Part shown: one piece after another, positions 48,385 through 61,745 of the stretch
Layout of the letters: every line of letters begins with the position of its first letter
How positions within the stretch are numbered: position 1 is the first letter of the stretch
Source of the DNA: Octopus sinensis
Lineage: Eukaryota
Assembly (NCBI RefSeq): GCF_006345805.1
Contig: NC_043015.1
Coordinates: forward strand, 17,608,001-17,672,000
Reading direction: 5' to 3'
DNA: 64,000 bases
The notes under the pieces: model-generated
The model's database searches: none
Told to the model about the DNA's origin: nothing
What the model saw: only the letters and a program-made list of their open reading frames with translations
Translations under genes and position numbers: made by a program

Positions 48385-49890
48385 GGTATATTTTTGCAGT
48401 ATATGAACTGTGGGAAGACAAGTTTAACGAATGGCGACCACACCTGCACACCGTCTAGGTAGAGCCAGAGATTCCTCAGCCTCAGCGCATGCCCGCGCAT
48501 TTTAGCCAAGGCATCCCCCGCCCCGTTTAGTGACAGTTGACAGCAGATAAAACGTCTGACCAATGGTTTCCTCCCCCAAAAGCGAAAGAGCAGACGTTCC
48601 AACTTGAGCAGCCACGAGTATGGGCACGGCATGATGGTTAGGCAGTAGATGATGACGGATGGGATAAACACATTCGCCACCTCTGCCCTTCCTTTCAATG
48701 ACAGCTTCCTCTTAACCCATTTCTGAGTGAGATTGGCTCCTCTACTCGTAACCTCGCCCTAGTTTCTCTTTATCTGGAGATCTGGTTCAAACAAGACCCC
48801 TAGCAATTTCACCGGTTCGTTCGTCCAACATCCCACAACGTTGTTGGGCGGCACCAGCCTGCCTCTCCAGGTGCCGAGCTGCAGATCGACTAACTTAGCC
48901 TGGTTTATTTTTCTTCTGTCACCACTTCTTAATCCTTTATGGTACCACCTACTTGTTGTAGATGGTTTTCATTGGATACGACAACGGTGATGACGTCCGC
49001 GTACGCTGTCACTGTTCTTCCGCATCCTAGATCTCGCGAGATGCTCCTCAGAGCATTTTCTGAAGTAATGGTTCAAATGCCATAACATACAGAAGGGAGG
49101 GAAGCGGACATCCTTGGCGAACCGAAAGTTCAATGGAGAACGGCTCTGAACGAAATTCGTTCATCCGACCGACCGACTGAATGTTACTGTAAAGAGCGGT
49201 GATCCAACCTCGAAAGTCTGGGCCGAAACCCGCTGCCTCATGGACCGCCACCAGGTACAGCTGATTGACCCTGTCGAATGCCTTAGACTGATCTAAATGG
49301 ATCAGAGCCCCTCCTGTGCCAGAAATTCTAGCTGCCCTTCCCATGCTGTAGCGTATGCGGTGGAGATTGTCGTGTATTGTTCTGATTGGGACGGCGTATG
49401 TTCGCGCTCCCCGCTTCTCAACCAGTTTAACCACGACACACACCAACCTCTTTGCCAACACTGGTCAAAATCTTCAGCTCTGCGTTAAGCAGAGTTATGG
49501 GTCTGAAACTATCTAAGGATACCCCTTGTTTTGATTCTTTCTTAGCAGCTCCACGACTCCCTCGGCTTACAGAACTAGGAATGATCCCATTCTGCCGCCA
49601 GTTGGCGTAAATGCTTGCCAGTAGGTGTCCAAACAAGCCTGGCATGTTGTAATAAAATTCGTAGGGTAGACCATCTAGCTCCGGCGAATTGTCCCCGACG
49701 CAGCCCGATAGGACCTCTTCTACGACGCAGCTGTGATCGGCCCTTCACAGAACACCGCTTCCCGGCCCGGGAGTCGCGGCATGACGGCGAGGAAGTCAGT
49801 GACGTTCATCCTGTACCCTGTCACGCGACTCGTTCCAAAAAGCCGAACGAAATTCTGGTGAAAGACCTTACACATTTCCTCGGGTTTGTT
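48385..49890 (-). mobile_element. Tx1/L1-like LINE copy B2 (RT region)
   Basis: FRPITLLNAELKIL, ALIHLDQSKAFDRV, SVRQGCPL, and a second copy of LRLRNLWLYLDG..WSPFV. Confidence 0.8.
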
Positions 49891-50149
49891 TATTCATCAC
49901 CCAGCTGGTTATACATTAAACATTATATGTATATATGTGTGTGTTTGTATGTATGTATGTATGTATGTATGTATGTATGTATGTATGTATGCACATGTGT
50001 GTGTGCGCACATATGTGTGTGTTTGTGCGTGTGTGTGTGTGTAGATTACAGTAGAGTCGTACGACTTCTTTGAGCATGTATTTTAGGTTATCAGAGAAGG
50101 AATTCTGCTGAAGGAGGCTGCTTTCCAAGTCTTATGATGTTATCAGTCT

Positions 50150-51230
50150 CATATATGCAAACTTGTTCAAGGGACGCACTTCGACAATTGGTGGTTAAAG
50201 GATGTTGCCGAAGAGATATGATACGATATTCAAAGGCAGTCTGGATCGATGTTAAGCTTCTGCTGTCTTGTTTTCGTTGATGTGGAAATTGTATCCTGGT
50301 TAGTATCTTCGGGTTTTCACATAAATAACTCGGATCTCATCAAGCGTCCAATCAAGCAGCCCAAATGTTAGTATGAGTACTGGCACTGCAAACATATTGT
50401 AGGCCACTGTTTTATTGAATGTAGAGAGTTCCGAGGTTCAAATATTCTTTATTCGGCTATAATATTCTTTTGTGACACGTGTTTTGTTACAGGTGCCATT
50501 GTAAGATATGTTTTCATTCACCCTCGATAACTGTAACATTCCTCATTGGATATAGGAGAAACAGTCAAATCATTGATGGAGATGTTGCTTGTCTGATTTA
50601 GTTTTCCCACTTTTTGCAACCATATAACAACATTTATCCCGACCAGACTCCAGCCCTTTGCGAATGTTGTAACCAGGTCAAGGTTCTTTTTCATCTCGTG
50701 CATATTATTTGCATATAGTTTCAAGTCAACCACAAAGAAACAGTGTCTAATTTTGGTATTTCTGTTTCCTTGCGAACCAGTGAGATAACTGTCAGACTGC
50801 CCTAACATGAATGACAAGGTGTTTACAGAAAGTATAAACATCATCACAGAGAGGTTGTCCTTTTCGAATATACCCTTGCAATACTGTATTCTATCAGTGA
50901 TAATACAATCATTCCTTGTGTTTAATTTCAAGATGGTGGCCCACGATTAAGTCAGGTCAACTATGGCTTTGACTATCGCCATCAATGTTATATGTCTTGG
51001 GTGCAATGCAGAGACAATAACTTCGAACTTCTTCGAATCACAGAACATCTTCGTTAAACTCCATCTCGTCTTCTAGTGAATGAGCTTCTATGCTATTCAC
51101 TGCTTCTCCTCTCATGTCTCTGTACACTGCTACCTAGTTCCAGTTAAATCTTTTGTTTATTGTTTTTCTCTCGGTTATTCTCTTCTGATGCCGGAGTCTC
51201 TAACTGACAGCTTTTAGCTCCTGCTTGAGA
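50150..51230 (-). mobile_element. Decayed R4-type (RLE-clade) RT fragment
   Basis: KGIFEKDNLSVMMFILSVNTLS, HCFFVVDLKLYA and a downstream AYNMFAVPVL..WTLDEI motif. Confidence 0.6.
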
Positions 51231-51639
51231 GTGATCAGTTTGCAGTTGAGTGTTCTCTTTTTGCTATCTCCAAACATCACTTTTATATGCATGCATGTAT
51301 GTATGTATGTATGTATGTATGTATGTATGTATGTATGTATGTATGTATGTATGTATGTATGTATGTACGTACGTACGTACGCGCGCGCGCGTGTATTGGA
51401 TTCAAAAGTTGGTGGGTGATGTGGGTTGCATTAGTTTATGTTAATGACGGTGAGCAGGTATGTTGGTGCTGTCGCGGTTATATTGTTCTGCCTAATTGTA
51501 TTATGACTGTTTAGTCTCAAGTCAGTCCTCATAGTCCTAGGACCAAAGACGTTTTATTCAACTTTTAAAATACACAAGGATACCACATTATACCTTTCTT
51601 TTCTGAAATGGATTTGCTTATCAACTTCATACTGTTTAT

Positions 51640-54600
51640 TACTATTGCTGTTGGTGGTTGTGTTCGTGTTGCTGTTGGAACCACACACATACATACATGA
51701 TGGTTGTCCCCTCGTTATAGAGTATGGCCATTGCACGAGGCTTAACTGTTATCGGTGCTGTGATCGAATGTGATATTTTAGCCCAACTAAATATCTACAA
51801 TGTCTTGTACAGAATTGGCAGCAAAAACCTTTTTCCGACTGTAGTTGTAACTGGGCTTCATGTACCTTTGCATGTCTTTAAGTCCTCCCGCCGAATTACA
51901 CTCCCTTCTACATACCTGACAGATATGATTAGTATGGTGTGTAGCACCACCACCAGTGGCCTGGTTGTCAATCATCTGTCTCGCTTTATGACTACGCAGA
52001 TGACTCTTGAGTCCAACTTTACTGAGGCAGGGTCTTGCACAGACAATGTATGTCAGCATCATAGGAAGACCCTTAACATCTGGAAGTGCAACAGCGATGC
52101 CCTTCCTGACTCCCGCCTTACTTTCTCATGCGCAACTCGAGATTTCTCATAAGTAGCTGTTCCCTCGTGCACAGTCCTTCCCTACCTGCTACGGTCAATA
52201 GCTATGCCCTCTCATATGTCAGGAGAGATGCAAGCATCTCTTAAGGAGGCCTTCAGCAAGTCTTTATACCTCTTTTTTGGTTTATGTGGAGGTCGTTCTC
52301 CTTTAGCTAACTCTCCATAAAAGAGTTGTTTTGGCATCCTTGAATCCTTCATCCTGACCAGATGACCACTCCATCTGAGCCTTTGCATTAACAAAAGAGC
52401 TTCTATACTTTCACACCGACAGCTTTCCAATATTTCAAGATCACTGATGCGGTCCTCCCACTTAATGCCATAGATCTGTCTGAGACACATCTGATGGAAA
52501 CGTTCCTGTTGTTTAAGGTGGTATCGATATATGACCCACGTCTCACAGGCATAAGGAAGAGAAGAGAGCACATATGCCTTGTACACCTTTATCTTTGTCT
52601 TCCTGCATATGTCTCGCCGACTCCAGAAGCGCCTTTCTAGCCTTCCGAAAGCATCACTAGCTGCCCTAATTCTGTATGGAATTTCATTATCCAAATTGCT
52701 ATATCTATTAACAGTGCTTCCCAGGTAGACAAACTGATCAACTACGACAAGTCGTTTACCATACACATAGATATTTGGTTCACTATACTGCTTACCAGGG
52801 GCAGATTGGTACATGACAACAGTTTTCTTGAGACTGACTGTCAATCCTAAGGCAAGTGCAAGCATCAGAGAATGCATTCAAAATGTGTTGCATATCAATC
52901 TCTGTGTGCGCTACTACATCACAATCATCTGCATACAAAAGGTCGCTTATGATAGAGGTAAATACCTTTGTTTTTGCAGCAAAGCGCCTGATATTAAATA
53001 TGCTGCCAGAGGTTCGATAATGGATGTAAACACCATATCTGAAGTTTCTGAATGCAATACAGAAAACCATCGCAAAATATATGGCAAAGAGGGTCGGTGC
53101 CAGAATATCCCCCTGATTCACTCCATTTTGTATTGCTCTGACATTTTCCCTCTAACATTAACCCTACTCTTCATGTCTTCATGAAAAGACATAACCAAAG
53201 CAAGGAACTTTTCAGGACACCCAAGTTTCTAGAGGACTTTCCACAGTGCATTTCTATTAACGGTATCAAAGGTTTTTGTCAGATCGATAAAAACCTGATA
53301 TAAATCCAGACCCTGTTCCACACACTTCTCCTGAAGCTGTCTAGCTGAAAAGATCACATCAGCAGTGCCGCGCCCCACACGAAAGCCAGATTGACTTTCT
53401 GGAAGAACAAAATCTGCAACGTGTTTCAGCAGACGATCCAGAAGTACCCTGCATAAAACCTTTCCTACGACAGAAAGCAATGATATTCCCCTATAATTAC
53501 CACAATCATTCCTGTTGCTCTTTCCCTTATACAAGACCACCATTACTGTATCTCTCCAGTCCTCAGGTACAGATTCATTAGTCCATATCTTACCAAACAA
53601 AGAGTGAAGTTTCTGCAGAAGTTTCTCACCACCATTCTGTAACAACTCCGCATGTATGCCATCCATACCCAGAGACTTCCCATTATTCATCCTTGATTCA
53701 GCCTCTGCAACTTCTTCCAACTTTGGTGGTTCTGCGAGAGCCGCCTTCACAGGTAATCCAGGGATGAGATTGAGAACATCCTCACTAATTACAGACTGCT
53801 GATTCAAAAGTTCATCAAAGTGTTCTTGCCACCTTCGCAGAATTCCTTGTGAATCACGAAGAAGTCCTTTACCATCTCTGCTTCGAAGTGGTGTCATCAG
53901 AGAAGAAGTCGGTCCATAAACTTCTCGCAAGAGACCATACAACAACTTTGTGTTACTGGCATCCGACACCGCCTGTATCTCATCAGCCTTTTTACTCCAC
54001 CACGTATCCCTCATCTGAGAGAGCCTCCGCCTCACACGTGATTTTACATCCTTGAGTTCCCTATACAACACATCTCTCTCCTGTGGCTTTGTTGACAAAT
54101 AGTGTGACAAAGTACGCCTTTTATCAGCCAATAAATCATCAATATGCTCATCATTTTCTTTAAACCAATCTTGATGCTTTCTTTGTATCAATCTCAGAAC
54201 TTTCTTGCCTATATCATAAACTGACTTTTTAAGGGTCGGCCAATCCTTCCCAATATCTGCAACATTCATTTCCTCTCGTAAAGTTCTCTTCACACTATTA
54301 CACTTAAGATGATCAACATTCAGTCTTTTAGGCAAGGTAATCCCTGCAGCCCGGATTTTACCTTTGGTGACTAATTTCACTTTTGCATGTACTAGGCGGT
54401 GGTCAGTCCAACACTCAGCCCCACGATGAAAACACGAACACACTGCACATCTCGTCTGTCACGCACCCATCCAGAATATGCCATTCTTTATATGCAAGGT
54501 GCATCCATGTGGTCTTAAACTTATTCTTTTGTTGAAACATGGTATTGGTAACACACAGACACGGCTCCTCACACATCTGCAGCAGAAACATGCCATTACT

Positions 54601-54777
54601 ATTACACTTTCCCATCCCATGCTTTCCAATTACAGTCCATATGTCCACTCTAGCATTAAAGTCACCCAGTACGATGACTTTGTCTACCCGAGAGATAATT
54701 CTTATAATGCCCTTCAAAGCATGGTAGAAAGAAACTTTTTCGTCATCAGTATAGCACATAGTTGGAGCATACACACT
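51640..54777 (-). mobile_element. RTE-clade LINE, 3' segment (APE end, RT, C-terminal zinc fingers)
   Basis: YAPTM, LGDFNARV, NYRGISLLSVVGK, QSGFRVGRGTAD, FIDLTKTFDTV, QGDILAPTLF, LYADD, YLGS and WSGHLVRM. Confidence 0.9.
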
Positions 54778-57594
54778 TGTAGTGATCCTATATAACGGTG
54801 CGCGCTCGCGCACCGTCCATTTCTGTTTCGCGCGTGCGAGGTTGGTGCTTTCACCACCGGAAGAAGGACCATTTGCCTACGTGGCAGTTTAGCCGCGAGG
54901 CAAGGGGAGCGTAGGACGTTGACCACCAGCGTCCAGTAGGCAGTGACTTGAGACACAGCTATCGAAGGCAACAGACGTGTAATTCTTTCTCTCTCCGGAC
55001 TTGATCATAGCAGCAGCCTTTACCAAAAGACTTTTAACCAGCATTTGTTGCAGACCATATCATCTTCTCCCTCCGGACGCCATCTTGGCAGTGTTGGTTG
55101 CATTTGAACATTGTCAACTCTTACAAGCGATAAAGTTCAGCTCTGACACATCCATACCAAGCGGAACCAGATATACCACTTATTTGTTACTGTCATAAGA
55201 GAATAAAGTAGATATATATCTTTTACGTTTGCGTCCTGTTGTTTCTGACTGGTAGAATCTGGATTATTAAAAGCAACGGAAAGTGATTGCACCAACTGCA
55301 CCCGAAAAGTGCAGAGAAGATATTCACTGCCGTTACACACTCACCAAGGTCAGATAATTTCCTTTAACCAAAGGAATTCTCATGGACATAAGACGCTTGT
55401 TAATCCCAACTGTGCAGAGAAGATATTCACTGCCGTTACACTGGTGACCCCGACGTGATTCTGGCCTTAAACCAGAGATCACTTAACAACAAAAAATCCA
55501 GTTTTTCTGCCTAGTCTGAACACGATCAACTCTACGCATTCATCTTTCGACGATTTGTTTCCGGTCCCCTCAAACAGTTATAGAAGGAGCCTTCTTATTC
55601 TTCAGCAATAATGACGGACGCCATCATATCAACGATGCCTTTTCTCTGCCGTCGTCATCGCCATCGTCGTCTTTCGACTTCACGTCGTCGTTATCTTCAT
55701 CGCCATCACCACTAAGCAACAATGTGTCTCAAGTCCACCACAGTCGCCTTCATCACCGTCGCTTTCAACACCGTCGACCTCAACAAGATGTAAATAGCAA
55801 CTCGCGGAAGTTTAGCCCACTCGCTGTTCGTGTATACACACTGGAATTAACAGCACAGTCTATCTGCGAGATCTTCTGTACCCAGTTAACCTGTCACAGC
55901 ATTGAAGCCACAACCGCTACACGACATGTGTTCAACCGGCATCTGCATTTGTGATCTCAACATTCTGTTACAGAACGAACTGCTATTATGCATTAGTCTA
56001 TTACGGACTGGTAAATTAACTCCATCTTGTCTGAAATAGCCCTGAGAGACTTTTTTTTCCTATGCGCTGTATTTTTATTTTGCTCGCATTCACCTTGTTT
56101 GTATTTCTGTCGCACACACGTACACACACAAATGCTATCTCTCTCACATACATACGTCACACATGCCTTTTCTCGCTTGTTTTTCCATGCTAATTTGCCT
56201 TTGTGGACACACCTCATTTCTGTAAGACCCTAGGGGTCACGTATACATAGAGAGGGTTGTTTGTCCATTATAACGCGCCAGCATGTCACACTTTTGTTCC
56301 TGTACGAACGAGGCATATAATCGCTCAAGGACTGGCTGGCAGCTCAGCCTTACTACATTAACCACTGGCATATTCATTGCTGTTTTTCGCTATGGCAAGC
56401 CCTATTGCATTCATGCACCTTTGCTCTGCACGTGTACTGCCTTGTTTTTGCAACACGTTTGCGTTAGCTTAGTTCTTTTCCCGACTCAAAGAACGTCGGA
56501 TGTTCACATGCGCTGCGCCCATGTTTTAGGCGTAATTTTTTTCCCTGTTAGACCCCTGTTGGTCACGTAATTAACAGAGAAAATTATCTGCCTCGCGCAT
56601 CACACCAGCATGCTTGCACTGTCACCTTGCTAACCTTACACTTTCAGCTGAAGCACTGTCTGCCTTTTGTGTTACTAGCGATCTATCTGCCAGTTCCATT
56701 TCCTCTCCTGCAGCAATTGATTTAACTGCTATTTCGCATGGACCAACCACCTTTAGAGGAGTTGGATTTAACTTCGCCTAAGTTTATTAACTGTAGGTTT
56801 GCCTACCTTCCGCTCCCTACAGCGGAAGGCTCTATTCTTATTCACGCATGCACTTTTGATTTTGCTCATTTTGAGTAATTTTTCTCTTTTTTTTCTTTTG
56901 GTAAATTTCTTGTGTATGATGTAAATTTTGCCATTTTTATTATATTGTGTGCTATTTGGTTATCTGGTGTCCACCTTGAGTTTTATAGTCACTACAAGGA
57001 ATTTTGTTCGTGCTTAGGCACTGGAGGGGAGCTTTGTAGTGATCCTATATAACGGTGCGCGCTCGCGCACCGTCCATTTCTGTTTCGCGCGTGCGAGGTT
57101 GGTGCTTTCACCACCGGAAGAAGGACCATTTGCCTACGTGGCAGTTTAGCCGCGAGGCAAGGGGAGCGTAGGACGTTGACCACCAGCGTCCAGTAGGCAG
57201 TGACTTGAGACACAGCTATCGAAGGCAACAGACGTGTAATTCTTTCTCTCTCCGGACTTGATCATAGCAGCAGCCTTTACCAAAAGACTTTTAACCAGCA
57301 TTTGTTGCAGACCACATCATCTTCTCCCTCCGGACGCCATCTTGGCGGTGTTGGTTGCATTTGAACATTGTCAACTCTTACAAGCAATAAAGTTCAGCTC
57401 TGACACATCCATACCAAGCGGAACCAGATATACCACTTATTTGTTACTGTCATAAGAGAATAAAGTAGATATATATTTTTTACGTTTGCGTCCTGTTGTT
57501 TCTGACTGGTAGAATCTGGATTATTAAAAGCAACGGAAAGTGATTGCACCAACTGCACCCGAAAAGTGCAGAGAAGATATTCACTGCCGTTACA
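54778..57594 (+). mobile_element. Young non-autonomous LTR retroelement (no pol), inserted into the RTE
   Basis: 560-bp LTRs 54778-55337 and 57035-57594 (TGTAG..TTACA, about 4 differences). 4-bp TSD CACT; purine tract GGAGGGGAG before the 3' LTR; internal 1.6 kb without recognisable coding motifs. Confidence 0.9.
55442..55459 (+). promoter_or_regulatory. Primer-binding site complementary to tRNA-Trp
   Basis: TGGTGACCCCGACGTGAT is the reverse complement of the eukaryotic tRNA-Trp 3' end ATCACGTCGGGGTCACCA; it lies 1 nt after an LTR end. Confidence 0.85.
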
Positions 57595-58440
57595 CACTCA
57601 CCAAGGTCAGATAATTTCCTTTAACCAAAGGAATTCTCATGGACATAAGACGCTTGTTAATCCCAACTGGGAATTCTTCCAACTTGTCCACAAGAGTAGT
57701 CTTAACAGCAAATGCCACTCCAGCCTTTCCTCTAAACTCTTCATTCCTCCTTTTCCAAAAGAATGAATATTTTCCACAAGATTCTGTAAGATGACCATCT
57801 CCAGCTAATTTCGTCTCAGATAAAGCAATGATGTCAAGCTCATAGCGTTGAAGCTTCTTCGCAACAAGCGCAGTCCTTCGTCAAGCAGCGTCCGTACATT
57901 CCAACGGCCAATATTCAATATTTTATTTGGTTCTATCACAGTAGCATGATGACGGCCGGGTTCAGACTGTGATGCTCTGGAGCCCCTGCCGGGCCAGACT
58001 CTTCCATCTGATGTGGTTCCAGAGTCCTTACTGCCATTTATTTTTATACTGTTTTGGTACGTCAATGATTATTTGCTTTTTAAGGCTACAGCCAGCCATT
58101 CAGTTGAGACACACAGCACTATCAGCAATCATGAATTAGTTAATCAATTTAATCAATCAATCAATCAATGTTGTTATCGTGCAATGCTTGTGCAAGAAGA
58201 TTTTTTTAAAGTGAGGAAAGGCTGTGCACTGAGTCAATCCCACTCACTAAGCAACAGCAGCCATAATCCGAAAAGAAGAACAAGTCAACATCATCGGTAA
58301 CCACTGAGCCGCAGGTTTTATATCGGAGTTATCCCAGTTACCTGAGTTGCCTTCTCCTAGAAGGATGCCCTAACAAAGGCTAGGGGTCCTTCACTCCCAA
58401 TGGTTTAACCGCGCGATCGGCTATTAAGTCCGATTATTTC
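57595..58440 (-). mobile_element. RTE-clade LINE, 5' segment (UTR and APE start)
   Basis: LNIGRWNVRTLLD, DIIALSET and PVGINKRLMSMRIPL..LTLVSV join across the CACT TSD to YAPTM at 54777. Confidence 0.85.
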
Positions 58441-58993
58441 TGCCCCGCGCATGATACAGCCATAAGCTGGATAAGATAGATATTAGGAAAAAAACATACG
58501 ATATATAAAAATATTGATATACAAAATATACATAAAATATACGATGTGAAGTATATAAAAATATATATATAATGAGAAAACTATAAAAATATACAATATA
58601 TCAAATTAGTGAGAAAAAGGGATATATACAGTAAATATATAATTACACATATACTGGGATGGCCGTTGACTCTCAAGAGTTCCTCCGCCCTTTGATGGGT
58701 TTTGTTTTTCATCCCGCAGGGTGTCCAATAAACACCTTCCGCACCAAGCAAGCTTGGTGGGGTTGCCGGTTTAGTCGCCGACGGCCCGACCATGCGACAG
58801 GTTGTACTGGGCTACAAGTGACCTGACATACATACATACATACATACATACATACAAACATACATACATACATACATACACACACACATTCATGTGTGTG
58901 TGTGTATGTATGTATGTATGAACAATTCATTGTTCTCAACAATATGTCTCTCCTTCTAACTAGTTCATGTGTGTGTGTGTGTGTGTGTATGTG

Positions 58994-59638
58994 TGTAACG
59001 GCAGTTGTAAGATGTGAAAGATGAAAGAAGAACAGTGTTCGAAGTTGTAAAGAAATTTACCGTTATTTTGTAGGCTAGTGTAATAGTATAACACAGTTCG
59101 TAAAGCATGCGAGGTAAAGAAAGTTAATTTCAGCCTGTATGTGTGTGTGTGTACACGATCTCATAGTAGTATATATAGTAAGAGATATGGTAATGTTACA
59201 GAGAAAGAAATTGCGTTAGTGAAAATGAGAGTGGTGGGACGAAACAACTGCTTCGTTGGTGAGTTACCATAGTTGTCCCTTTGTATCTTTTCCTTCAGAG
59301 ACGGCGTTTTGTTCAGCCGGTCAGCCAGACTCGGTTCTCACTAACTGACTCTGGCTTACGGAGTTTTTGTTTTTATAATTATCCAAACTAGTTTGGAGAG
59401 ACATGTTGTTGAGAACAATGAATTTCGTTGGCGGCCTGTTATCTCTATTCTAGCTGTTGGTGTCCTAGAAGAGGTTAGAAGGGTCAAGTGGCAAAGACAT
59501 TATTCTGCTTAGCGAAGGTATCTGGTAAATGTAACTGCTGTCACTCATAGAAAAACTATTGTGAGAAAAGTACTGTTGAGAAGTGAAATTTGGCGATCGA
59601 GGGTCGAATCCACGCTACGCCTGCATGAAGCCACTACA
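58994..59638 (-). mobile_element. Solo-LTR-like repeat
   Basis: The minus strand starts TGTAGTGG and ends ACTGCCGTTACA, the same terminal motif as the LTRs at 54778 and 57035; no TSD found. Confidence 0.5.
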
Positions 59639-61019
59639 TCAAATTGTAACGGTTAGTTCTTCGTTGCAGTCGAAGGTCACCAATTGTAACGATATTGTTA
59701 AGGTGGAATCAGTGGTCACCAATTGTAAGAGTTAGAAGGAGAGACATATTGTTGAGAACAATGGGTTGAACTGGAGGGCAGTCACCTCCACCACCCCGCA
59801 AAAGCAGTTTTGTTAAGTTGTTGGTTGCCAGTGTGCAAGATGGGGGAAGAACAGTGATCGAAGTTGTAAAGAAATATTTAATTACCGTTACTTTGTATAA
59901 TGCCATACTTCGACGGACAGGTGTGTGTATCATAAAAACAATACAGTTATCTTTTCTTGTATGTTGTTGCTGTTTATGTTTGGTCTACTGTTAGCTGCCT
60001 AACAAGGAATTAGAGGAAGATATAGTGAATGTTAAGTGTAGGAAGTCGATAAAATGATACCTTCATTGTGACTGACGTTTAAACAGCAGTGGTGTTGTGA
60101 TAAGACACTGCATCATAGTTGACTTTCTCACTGTGAGCCTTCTCTCAGTTGAATTATCTCACTAACTGGATTCTGCCGGTGGTCGCCTCTGCCTCATCTC
60201 CTTTTTGCCAACTCACTTTTTCCTACGGTGTTTTAGTATATATAATTGAGTATCCATACTAGTTAGAAGGAGAGACATATTGTTGAGAACAATGGGTTGA
60301 GCTGGAGGACAGTTACCTCCACCACCCTAAAAAAAACCGAGCTTTCAGAAATTTTTTTTTTCTCGGCAGATTCCTAGGTTTTCGATGACGGAGATTCCGA
60401 ATATGTCAAAAAACCCATTTTCAAAATTTTAAATTCCTCACCCCCCACCCAAATTTTTTATTTTTAACTTTTTTTGAATTTTTTTTTCCAATCTACGTGA
60501 GGAAATACGGAGATTAACAATACGGCCAAAAAATTAATTGATTTCAAATTTTATATGAAAAACTCCAAAATTAATCCACACACCCTTCAACACCCAATAA
60601 AAAAAGGTGCGCGCGAAACAATCGCTACAGCTCACTGAAAATGAATGGGTGGGGAGGTAACCCATGAGCTCCACTCATTTTTAGTTAGACGCGCAAAATA
60701 ACAGCCAATCTCCAGCTTTTTTTCCTTCTGCTAGCAAATTCGGAAATAACGGTTGGGAAAAAAAAATTATTTCACAAAATTCCAATAATTATATCTACAA
60801 AAATATCTTATTTGAACAGTTCAACATATAAATAGAAAAACTAAAATTGAATAACAGAACAAAAGACACGTTACAGGAAAAAACATGCACAATTAAAATG
60901 ACTTGCAATAAACTGGAATTCACTAAGGATAAACCTCAGGAATATGTCTCAGAAAAGTGTGGAAATTCTGAAGTTCCTTTTTGACCGTTATGTTGTAAAA
61001 CTCCCTATACATGCATTCG

Positions 61020-61330
61020 TCAACATTGTATTTCCCCCGTTGAACCACTTATATATTTAACAAATATTTTCATTCGCGACCAATAGGCCTCTATGCGATT
61101 TGTACATGCCCCGGTGATCGGAACGACGAAATTTGGGGAATGATTTACTGTATAGTGAATGTAACCGAGTGTGTAGCGATTACGATAGCTTGGCCAATTG
61201 TTAATTATAACAGTAGTTCCTGGAAGAACGTTTTGTCTGATAACATTCTCCAACGTCTCTGTACTCCTATTGGGTACACGTTGAAGAAATCCTTTTCTGG
61301 TTGTGGTGTCATAACACCTGGCAACCCAAG
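61020..61330 (-). pseudogene. Merlin/IS1595-like DDE transposase fragment
   Basis: VPNRSTETLENVIRQNVLPGTTVII-NWPSY..HYTVNHS-NFV-P-TGACTNRIEAYWSRMK. Confidence 0.8.
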
Positions 61331-61524
61331 TTTTGCAGCATATTCTTCCTTTTGAAGAACAAGCTCTCATCGATCTCCACTATATGATCCGGATCACCAA
61401 GGGCAGTTTTATCCTGCAGCAGTTTTGCCGAACAAGCATCTCTACAGAACTGGTACTACTGAACGGCAGTTTTTACATCAATGCCATTCATAGTTGCAGA
61501 TATCGTCACAGGTAATTCGGAAAT

Positions 61525-61745
61525 GGGATCTTTTCACTTTGAGCGGCAGATTTTTAAAATAATTTCTTTGTAACTAAACACTTTTAAACTTCGTATACTG
61601 GTAGTGTGTTACATAAAACATCTTTTTCTCTTGGCTTTCTTGAGAAAATTCTGTAGTTAGGGGTTTGGGTTAGGGGTGGAGGAAGGGTATCTTTTTTCTT
61701 CAGAAATGTAAATAAACCAAATCTGTTTCTTAAACGAATATATAT
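61525..61745. mobile_element. MITE (GGGAT TIR family), partial
   Basis: Starts GGGATCTTTTCACTTTGAGCGGCAG; body homologous to 20453 and 46188, including GTTAGGGTTTGGGTTAGGG. Confidence 0.65.
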
